Below, piece after piece: positions 21,834 through 29,549 of a stretch of 52,542 nt of DNA. The notes under the pieces are model-generated. The model ran no database searches, had not been told where the DNA came from, and was given only the letters and a program-made list of their open reading frames with translations. The stretch covers positions 1-52,542 of the forward strand of contig JANQHR010000145.1 in assembly GCA_028282585.1 (NCBI GenBank). The letters are read 5' to 3'. Positions within the stretch are counted from its first letter, which is position 1, and every line of letters begins with the position of its first letter. Source of the stretch: Bacteroidales bacterium (GTDB taxonomy: Bacteria; Bacteroidota; Bacteroidia; Bacteroidales; UBA12077). Made by a program: the position numbers and the translations under genes.

Positions 21834-22382
21834 TTAATCTTCCTTAAAATAATTCTCAATTTTCTTTACCGCATGATGATATGATGCTTTTAATGCACCT
21901 ACTGATGTCTTAAGTATTTTCGCCATATCGTCATATTTCATTTCATCGAAATATTTCATATTAAAAACAATGCGCTGTTTTTCAGGTAAATCGAGAATAG
22001 CCTTTTGAAGCCTACGTTGTATTTCATCCCCATTAAAATACTCATCGCTTTCAAGGCTTTCCTTTAATTGGTTTTCATAATCAACTAAAGGCATTAAATA
22101 TTTTGTTTTTTGTTGCTTTAAAAATGTTAATGATTCATTAGTTGCTATTCGATACAACCACGTATATAGTTTTGAATCTTCACGAAATCCATCCAGTCCT
22201 TTCCACGCCTTTACAAAAGTGTTTTGGAGTATATCATCTGTATCTTCATGTTTGATTACAATTTTTCGAATATGCCAATATAGTTTAACCTGATATTTTC
22301 TGACTATCAGGTTAAATGCATAATTGCGCTTTTCGTTGTCTTTAAAGAGAGTTAATAACTCCTTATCGCTGTAATCTGACAT
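21834..22382 (-). CDS. ECF RNA polymerase sigma-70 factor
   Basis: DDILQNTFVKAW, TWLYRIATN, LPEKQRIVF, region 4 HTH. Confidence 0.93.
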   Translation of the reverse strand: MSDYSDKELLTLFKDNEKRNYAFNLIVRKYQVKLYWHIRKIVIKHEDTDDILQNTFVKAWKGLDGFREDSKLYTWLYRIATNESLTFLKQQKTKYLMPLVDYENQLKESLESDEYFNGDEIQRRLQKAILDLPEKQRIVFNMKYFDEMKYDDMAKILKTSVGALKASYHHAVKKIENYFKED

Positions 22383-22420
22383 AGTGCAGTGAAGAGTTCA
22401 CCGTTTATAAAAAGTGATTA

Positions 22421-22428
22421 CAAAGATA
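22421..22428 (-). promoter_or_regulatory. -7 element for ECF sigma gene
   Basis: caaagata on + strand = TATCTTTG on - strand. Confidence 0.55.
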
Positions 22429-22431
22429 ATG

Positions 22432-23385
22432 TTATTTTCTTTTTAGAACATTTTCTACAGCAGAAACTATATTAATAGTATCAATCCCGTACTTGGTTAA
22501 AAGTTCATCAGGTTTTCCGCTTTCACCAAATTCGTCATTGACAGCAACTAATTCTATTGGAGTTGGCATTTTTCTACCTAAAAGCTGAGCAACAGAATCT
22601 CCTAGTCCACCATTCAAAAGATGTTCTTCTGCTGTAACAATTGCATTTGTTTTAGAAACTGAACTTAAAATGGTTTCTTCGTCAAGAGGTTTTATAGTAT
22701 GTATGTTAATTAACTCTACTGATATTCCTTTTTCTTCAAGTTTTGTAGCAGCTTCGATAGATTTCCATACTAGATGACCCGTTGCAACAATCGTTACATC
22801 AGTTCCTTCATTTAATATTATCGCTTTACCAATTTCAAATTTTTGATCTTCTGGGGTAAAATTTGGAACTTTTGGGCGTCCAAAGCGAAGATAAACAGGT
22901 CCTTCGTATTCAGCAATTGCAATTGTGGCAGCTTTTGTTTGGTTGTAATCACAAGGGTTGATGACTACCATCCCCGGAAGCATCTTCATTAAGCCGATGT
23001 CTTCCATTATTTGATGAGTTGCTCCGTCTTCACCAAGTGTTAATCCTGCATGTGAGGCACATATCTTTACATTTTTTTCTGAATAAGCTATCGATTGCCT
23101 TATTTGATCATAAACACGTCCGGTAGCAAAATTTGCAAATGTTCCGGCAAATGGAATCTTTCCACCAATTGTTAAACCTGCTGCAACTCCCATCATATTT
23201 GCCTCTGCAATACCACATTGATAAAATCTATCAGGAAACTCATCAGCAAACATATTCATTTTTAATGATCCCGTTAAATCCGCACATAATGCAACTATAT
23301 TTTCATTTTTTTTTCCTAATTCAAATAATCCGGCTCCAAAACCCGATCGCGTATCTTTCTTCTCTTTATATTCGAACTTTTTCAT
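22432..23385 (-). CDS. Transketolase C-terminal subunit
   Basis: [38 protein letters not shown]. Confidence 0.93.
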   Translation of the reverse strand: MKKFEYKEKKDTRSGFGAGLFELGKKNENIVALCADLTGSLKMNMFADEFPDRFYQCGIAEANMMGVAAGLTIGGKIPFAGTFANFATGRVYDQIRQSIAYSEKNVKICASHAGLTLGEDGATHQIMEDIGLMKMLPGMVVINPCDYNQTKAATIAIAEYEGPVYLRFGRPKVPNFTPEDQKFEIGKAIILNEGTDVTIVATGHLVWKSIEAATKLEEKGISVELINIHTIKPLDEETILSSVSKTNAIVTAEEHLLNGGLGDSVAQLLGRKMPTPIELVAVNDEFGESGKPDELLTKYGIDTINIVSAVENVLKRK

Positions 23386-23391
23386 ATTATT

Positions 23392-24768
23392 TTAATAAAG
23401 TATTATTCTATTTGATGATCCTGATTTTATTGTGAATTTTTTATTTACTGTATAAATTGATTGTTTGGTATTTTTTGGCCTAAATACTACCCGGTAATTT
23501 CCGGGTTGCATATATATATTTTGTCTAGATAGTTTTTGATCCAAATTGTAAATCCATTTTAAGGTATCTGCTGTTTCTACATATAAACTTCCAAAACCAC
23601 TAGATGAAAGTGAAAAGTTAGCAATCCCCGGTCGGGGAATTTCAATATAAGTTGTAGAGCTTTGGTCAATTTTAACATTTTCAATATAAATCCTAGGTAT
23701 GGTTAATACCTCTAAATCATATTCGCCGACTATGTATTTTTCTGTAGTACTATTTTTTTGCACATTTAAAGTTTCAGATTGTCCATCTTTTCTAATAATA
23801 ATATCCAAGTTTTTATATTGGCTACTTCCGGGACATGAAATATTCAAATAGCCCTGCGGAGCATTTAAACCTATCATTGTATGTTTTCCTTCTGATAAAG
23901 AAATGTTGTCTTTTCTTACTGGTGGTATAGTGTGAACAACGAGATCATAGTTTATTAGAGGGTCTATGATTAAAGTATCCGGATTGCCCATATAATTAAT
24001 TGTATGCACAAAATTATATTTTACTCTACCTGAAACATGGTTGAAAAACGTCATATTAACATCAGTTTCAGTAGGTTTTCCATAAATATCAAGTAAATTA
24101 ACTTGGGCTGTTGTTGAGTTTAATGCGCGGGAAATTACGATACCCAGCACCTCTTCAAATTTTTCTTCATCGGGAGTATTAAAAAAATGCCCAACACATT
24201 CAAAGGTTTTTTCAAAATGATGATCAATACCAATACCGATTATAAAAGGCTTAAGTATAATTCCTTTCTTTTGCAGATTCAAAGATGCCTGGCAAGGATC
24301 ACCATCACACTCCTCTTTACCATCTGTTATAAGAATAATAATGTTTCTACAATTATCACATTCAGGAAAATCATTTGCAGCTAATTCTAATGAACTGGCT
24401 ATTGGAGTGGTCCCTCTTGGTATAATATGCCTAAGTGTTTGCCTTATTTGTCCGGCATTTCCAAATGTAAATGGAACCTCAAGCTTCGTATCGCTACAAT
24501 CTTGAGGAGGTACCGGGCTTTGATGACCATAAACTCTTAATGCCATTTGAATATTTGGCATCTTTTCGAGGCTATCAATAATATGAATTAAATAATTTCT
24601 AGCAATACTGATTTTTTTATCGCTTTCCCAAGTACCGTACATACTCTGGGATGCATCAAAAATAAACAATATTCTCGAAGTAGGTGGTTCCGATTTTTTC
24701 TGTGCACTTAAGTTAAGAGCAAAAGCTATAAAAAAGCAAAAAAAGATGTATTTTAAAATATTTTTCAA
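23392..24768 (-). CDS. Secreted VWA-domain protein with C-terminal beta-sandwich repeats
   Basis: Signal peptide; MIDAS DASQS, GTTP, ITDG; TTG start. Confidence 0.85.
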   Translation of the reverse strand: MKNILKYIFFCFFIAFALNLSAQKKSEPPTSRILFIFDASQSMYGTWESDKKISIARNYLIHIIDSLEKMPNIQMALRVYGHQSPVPPQDCSDTKLEVPFTFGNAGQIRQTLRHIIPRGTTPIASSLELAANDFPECDNCRNIIILITDGKEECDGDPCQASLNLQKKGIILKPFIIGIGIDHHFEKTFECVGHFFNTPDEEKFEEVLGIVISRALNSTTAQVNLLDIYGKPTETDVNMTFFNHVSGRVKYNFVHTINYMGNPDTLIIDPLINYDLVVHTIPPVRKDNISLSEGKHTMIGLNAPQGYLNISCPGSSQYKNLDIIIRKDGQSETLNVQKNSTTEKYIVGEYDLEVLTIPRIYIENVKIDQSSTTYIEIPRPGIANFSLSSSGFGSLYVETADTLKWIYNLDQKLSRQNIYMQPGNYRVVFRPKNTKQSIYTVNKKFTIKSGSSNRIILY

Positions 24769-24785
24769 TTAATTTTTATTTGAAA

Positions 24786-25187
24786 TTATTTATCCATTGA
24801 TCTTCTTCGCTCGTAATCTTCTTTTTTAATATGACCAAGAATCATTAATTCTGCACTTGCATAATTTGTAGCCAACGGAATGTTATACATATTACAGGCT
24901 TCAAGTAATTTTTGGATGTCTTCATGATGTCCTTGCTTGATTAACGGATCACGCAAGAAAATCACAATATTTACTTCTTTCTTTTTAATCAGTTCTGTTA
25001 TTTCCGTGTAACCCCCAGATTTACCTGGACTTAAATGCTGAACTTTAATACCTTGCGATTCTACATATTCGGCAGTTCTTCCGGTTGCAATAAGGTTTAC
25101 TCCAAAAATCCAGTCTTTTCGATCATTTAAAAACTGAACCATTTCCGGTTTTTTTACATCGTGTGCAATAATAACTATGTTCTTCAT
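24786..25187 (-). CDS. Methylglyoxal synthase-like (MGS domain) protein, catalytic Asp apparently absent
   Basis: IAHD, ATGRT, DP....HH.D, NIPLATN motifs; GGDQ replaced by GGYT. Confidence 0.8.
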   Translation of the reverse strand: MKNIVIIAHDVKKPEMVQFLNDRKDWIFGVNLIATGRTAEYVESQGIKVQHLSPGKSGGYTEITELIKKKEVNIVIFLRDPLIKQGHHEDIQKLLEACNMYNIPLATNYASAELMILGHIKKEDYERRRSMDK

Positions 25188-25218
25188 AACCCTTTCATTT
25201 TAAAATTTAAATTGAAGT

Positions 25219-26064
25219 TTAATAATCTCCTAAAGTTTCTTCAAGCTGATCAAGTGCAATTTCCAATTGCTCATCGTTAGGCGCAACTCCATGCCACTTA
25301 TGTGTTCCCATCATGAAATCTACACCCATACCCATTTCAGTTTTCATTAATATAACAATAGGCCTACCTTTACCAATTAACGATTTAGCTTTATTTAAGG
25401 TTTCTAAAACTTCTTCAATAATATTACCATCCATTTCTAAAACTTCCCAGCCAAAGCTTTCCCATTTAGCTTTTAAGTTTCCCAAAGAGATAATATTATC
25501 AACTGGTCCATCAATTTGCTGACCGTTATAATCAATGGTTGAAATTAAATTGTCAATCTTATGTTGAGCAGCAAACATGGCAGCTTCCCATATTTGACCT
25601 TCTTGTAATTCACCATCACCGTGCAGAGAATAAACTATTTTATTATCTCCGTTTAACTTTTTGGTAAGAGCCGCACCGCATGCTACAGATAATCCCTGAC
25701 CTAAAGAGCCTGATGCCATTCTAACCCCCGGTAATCCTTCCATAGGTGTTGGATGCCCCTGAAGCCTGGAGTCTAGTGTTCTAAAAGTAGAAAGTTCGTT
25801 TGGTTTAAAATAGCCTGTACGAGCCAAAATGCTATACCAAACTGGAGAAATGTGTCCGTTTGATAAAAAGAATAAATCCTGATCTTTACCATCCATGGTA
25901 AATTTTTTAGGATTATGGTTTAAAATTTCAAAGTATAATGCAGTAAAAAAATCCGTACAACCTAAAGATCCGCCAGGATGTCCTGAATTTTGGGCATGAA
26001 CCATTCTCACAATATCTCTCCTAACTTGTGATGCTATTTGTTTTAAGTTTTGAATATTAGTCAT
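25219..26064 (-). CDS. Transketolase N-terminal subunit
   Basis: SGHPGGSL, LSNGH, LQGHP, GSLGQG, ThDP motif GDGELQEG; probable start MTNIQ at 26064 rather than 26127. Confidence 0.92.
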   Translation of the reverse strand: MTNIQNLKQIASQVRRDIVRMVHAQNSGHPGGSLGCTDFFTALYFEILNHNPKKFTMDGKDQDLFFLSNGHISPVWYSILARTGYFKPNELSTFRTLDSRLQGHPTPMEGLPGVRMASGSLGQGLSVACGAALTKKLNGDNKIVYSLHGDGELQEGQIWEAAMFAAQHKIDNLISTIDYNGQQIDGPVDNIISLGNLKAKWESFGWEVLEMDGNIIEEVLETLNKAKSLIGKGRPIVILMKTEMGMGVDFMMGTHKWHGVAPNDEQLEIALDQLEETLGDY

Positions 26065-26228
26065 TTTATATTTTAAGTGTGAATTTAATATTCTAGAGAA
26101 CAAGGCTGTAAAATTACAGTTTTTCAATAGAATATAAGGAAAATGAACTCAATTTATTATTAACATGTTTTAAATAATTGTTTTTATATTTTTTATTTAA
26201 AAGCTCTTTATAAAATACTGAAAAAATG

Positions 26229-26236
26229 TAATTTTG
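26229..26236 (+). promoter_or_regulatory. -7 element for ychF-like operon
   Basis: TAATTTTG, 33 nt upstream of the ATG. Confidence 0.6.
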
Positions 26237-26268
26237 AGCCTTCATATAGATCTTTAAATATTTAAATT

Positions 26269-27366
26269 ATGAGTTTACAGTGCGGTATTCTTGGAATAAC
26301 AAATGTTGGTAAATCAACAATTTTTAATTGTATGTCGAATACCAAAGTTGAGACAACAAATTTTGCATTTAGTTCAAATAAATCAAATATAGGAATTATT
26401 AATGTCCCGGATAATCGTTTGTTAGAACTTGAAAAACTTCAACCTACAGAAAAACTTATTCCTGCTACAGTAGAAATTGTAGATATTCCGGGGCTAACCA
26501 AAGGTGCAAATCAAGGAGAAGGTGTTGGTAACAAATTTTTAGGTGATATTAGAAATACAGATGCCCTAATTCATGTTTTAAGATGTTTCGATGATGAAAA
26601 CTTGCCTCATGTTGATGGTTCAGTTGATCCTGTTCGTGATATCGAAACTATTGATTTTGAGCTGCAAGTTAAAGATGTTGATTCGGTAAGCAAGAAAATT
26701 GAAAGATATCAGAAACTTGTTAAAATAGGAGATAAAGATGCAAAACAAGGCGTTGAAGTTTTAATAGGATTGAAAGAGCATCTGGAATCAATGCAAAATG
26801 CAAGGGATTATGAAATCTCCGATGCAGATAAAAAGCATCTGGATGATCTGTTTCTATTAACTTCAAAACCAATAATTTATGTTTGTAATGTAGATGATGC
26901 ATCGGCTATAAATGGGAATGCTTATGTTGAAAAAGTTAAACAAGCATTAAAAGATCAAAATACAGAAATTCTTGTAATTGCAGGCAAATTGGAGGCGGAA
27001 ATATCTGACCTAGAGGATGAAACGGATAGAAAAGAATTCCTTGATGATGCTGGTTTAGTTGAGCCGGGAGTAAATAAACTGATTAGAAGTGCTTACTCTT
27101 TATTAAATCTTATGTCCTTTTTTACAGTTGGCCCGAAGGAAATCAGAGCATGGACAATTAAGAAAGGAATGACTGCTCCACAAGCGGCAGGAGCAATTCA
27201 TAGTGATTTGGAACGTGGTTTTATCCGAGCTGAGGTTATGAAATATAATGACTTTATTGAACTAGGTTCGGAGGCTAAGGTTAAGGATGCTGGAAAGTTC
27301 CATGTTGAGGGTAAGAATTATGTAGTTGAGGACGGTAATATTATGCATATAAGATTTAATGTATAG
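26269..27366 (+). CDS. ychF: YchF/Ola1 family NTPase, divergent switch I
   Basis: NVGKST, DIPGL, GEGVGNKFL, TGS domain AAGAIHSD..RGFIRAE, EGKNYVV. Confidence 0.88.
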   Translation: MSLQCGILGITNVGKSTIFNCMSNTKVETTNFAFSSNKSNIGIINVPDNRLLELEKLQPTEKLIPATVEIVDIPGLTKGANQGEGVGNKFLGDIRNTDALIHVLRCFDDENLPHVDGSVDPVRDIETIDFELQVKDVDSVSKKIERYQKLVKIGDKDAKQGVEVLIGLKEHLESMQNARDYEISDADKKHLDDLFLLTSKPIIYVCNVDDASAINGNAYVEKVKQALKDQNTEILVIAGKLEAEISDLEDETDRKEFLDDAGLVEPGVNKLIRSAYSLLNLMSFFTVGPKEIRAWTIKKGMTAPQAAGAIHSDLERGFIRAEVMKYNDFIELGSEAKVKDAGKFHVEGKNYVVEDGNIMHIRFNV

Positions 27367-27375
27367 TAGATTTAA

Positions 27376-27741
27376 ATGAATATACTTATTGGAATTTTTA
27401 TTGGAGGAGGATTAGGAAGTCTTGCCCGATTTGGAATCTCGAAATTAGTAACTTCAAATTTTAAGGATATAAATCCTGTTGGGACCTTAGCAGCGAATTT
27501 TATAAGCACATTTTTGTTAGGTGTTATTTTGTACCTTACCGCAGAAAGATTTGTAGTTTCTCCAAATATAAAAGCGTTATTGATTATAGGATTTTGTGGT
27601 GGATTTAGTACTTTTTCAACGTTTAGCTATGAAACTTTCGAGCTTATAAGATCTGGTAATTATTTTTTTGCTGTGGCAAATTTGTTAATAAGTATTTTCT
27701 TAGGTATTGGAGTTTTATTTATTTTAGCACGGAGTATATAA
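27376..27741 (+). CDS. crcB: Fluoride channel Fluc/CrcB
   Basis: GGGLGSLARF, GTLAAN, GFCGGFSTFSTF. Confidence 0.93.
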   Translation: MNILIGIFIGGGLGSLARFGISKLVTSNFKDINPVGTLAANFISTFLLGVILYLTAERFVVSPNIKALLIIGFCGGFSTFSTFSYETFELIRSGNYFFAVANLLISIFLGIGVLFILARSI

Positions 27742-27758
27742 TCAATTTCGTTGTTAAA

Positions 27759-29408
27759 ATGCAGCTAAAATCAGCACTTAAAATATCTGTCTTTTTAATA
27801 TTTTCATTTGTACAAATAAATAATTTATTTGCACAAAATCAATTTAAAAAACCACCAAAGCTTGTTGTAGGAATTGTTGTGGAGGAAATGAGGTATGAAA
27901 TGCTTCTTCGTTATTGGGATTCGTTTGGAGAAAATGGATTCAAAAAAATAATTGATGAAGGAGCATTTTGTACACAAACCTATCATAACTACTTAATTAC
28001 TCAAAATGGTGTGGGGCAAGCAAGTATCGCGACTGGAACCTATCCATCTTATCATGGCATTATATCCGATGTTTGGTACAATAGGCTTGCAGATGAAATA
28101 GTTGAATGTGCCGATCAGTCTAAATTTAATTTGATTGATGGTTTTCTATCAGTAGGAAATTACTCACCAGATCATATTTTAACATCAACATTAGGTGATG
28201 AACTTAAGTTAGCAACAAATGACAGCTCAAAAGTAATTTCAATTTCTTTAAATCCTGTTTCTTCTGTTATAGCGGGAGGGCAATTGGCTGACTATGCTTT
28301 TTGGTTTAACCATCATAATGGGGGCTGGATTACAGGAAATTATTATACAAACAGTCTCCCGGCCTGGGTTGAGCAATTTAATCTGAAAGGTTTTCAGGAT
28401 ATTTATATGAAAAAGAACTGGGCAAGCATGTATTCACTAACAAATAATTATAAAAAGAGCCTGCCCGATGATAGTGATTTTGAAATTGGTTTCAGAAATT
28501 ATCGTTATACTTTTCCCTATGACTTAACATATTTGAAAAATCGTTCCGGAAACTATAAATATTTAAAATATACGCCTTTTGGAAATACCTATACAAAGGA
28601 TTTCGCAGTTTCCGCAATAATAAATGAGGAATTAGGAAAAGATGAATATACGGATTTGTTATTAGTAAGTTTTGCTGCAACCCATTTTAGTGGAGAACTT
28701 TTTGGCCCCAGATCAGTTGAGATGGAAGATTTGTTCTTAAGGTTGGATTATGACATTGAACATTTTATTAGATTTTTAGATGATGAAATAGGATTAGAAA
28801 ATGTACTCTTATACTTAACGTCTGATCGGGGTGTTTCGGACGTTCCCGAATACTTAATTTCTAAAAAGCAAAATGCGGGTGTATTTGACGGGGAAAAATC
28901 TTTGACTTTACTCAACAGCTATCTAAGTATTCTCTATGAGGAAGGAGAGTGGGTTAAAACATATTTTTCCAGACAACTATATTTCAATCAAACGTTAATT
29001 GATGAATCAGGTATAGATTTATATGAAATACAAAACAAAGTAGCAGATTTTATGGTTCAGTTTAACGGGGTTGCTAATGCTTTGCCGGCCAGAACAATAA
29101 ACTCAACTAACTTTGAATCGGGCATTAATCAAAAAATTCAAAATAGCTTTCATCAAAAAAGATCCGGTGATGTGATCATAAATTTAGAACCTGGCTGGAT
29201 CGAGAAGAACGGATATGTTACTAAATCAGGATCGGGATATAATTATGATACTCATGTTCCTTTAATATGGTTAGGCTGGGGAATTAAAAATTCCAAAATT
29301 GATAGGCCAACAGAGGTAATAGATATTGCACCAACTATTTCCTGGATATTGAATATAACTGCTCCGAATGCTTCAATTGGCAAACCAATTTTTGAATTGA
29401 AGGAATAG
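27759..29408 (+). CDS. PafA-like alkaline phosphatase superfamily protein, active site degenerate
   Basis: PKLVVGIVV, TLGDELK, TPFGN, RSGDV, YDTHVPL, DIAPT scaffold; signal peptide. Confidence 0.85.
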   Translation: MQLKSALKISVFLIFSFVQINNLFAQNQFKKPPKLVVGIVVEEMRYEMLLRYWDSFGENGFKKIIDEGAFCTQTYHNYLITQNGVGQASIATGTYPSYHGIISDVWYNRLADEIVECADQSKFNLIDGFLSVGNYSPDHILTSTLGDELKLATNDSSKVISISLNPVSSVIAGGQLADYAFWFNHHNGGWITGNYYTNSLPAWVEQFNLKGFQDIYMKKNWASMYSLTNNYKKSLPDDSDFEIGFRNYRYTFPYDLTYLKNRSGNYKYLKYTPFGNTYTKDFAVSAIINEELGKDEYTDLLLVSFAATHFSGELFGPRSVEMEDLFLRLDYDIEHFIRFLDDEIGLENVLLYLTSDRGVSDVPEYLISKKQNAGVFDGEKSLTLLNSYLSILYEEGEWVKTYFSRQLYFNQTLIDESGIDLYEIQNKVADFMVQFNGVANALPARTINSTNFESGINQKIQNSFHQKRSGDVIINLEPGWIEKNGYVTKSGSGYNYDTHVPLIWLGWGIKNSKIDRPTEVIDIAPTISWILNITAPNASIGKPIFELKE

Positions 29409-29486
29409 TTGGATAAGAAGCTATATATATCTTTTAGAAAATCTATACTTGCTTTTTTAATGCCGTGTTTGTTAATTGTGTTTATA

Positions 29487-29513
29487 AAAAAGCATCAGTT
29501 TCTACTGATGCTT
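29487..29513. terminator. Terminator between convergent genes
   Basis: aagcatcagt-ttct-actgatgctt with flanking A tract (U tract on - strand). Confidence 0.8.
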
Positions 29514-29549
29514 ATCATATGATTGATTGATTTTATGAATTAATTATTT

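Noticed and set aside
26128-27376. Fluoride riboswitch upstream of crcB
   Set aside because: The ychF-crcB gap is 9 nt and the operon leader is AT-only without the GGCGATGG-type core
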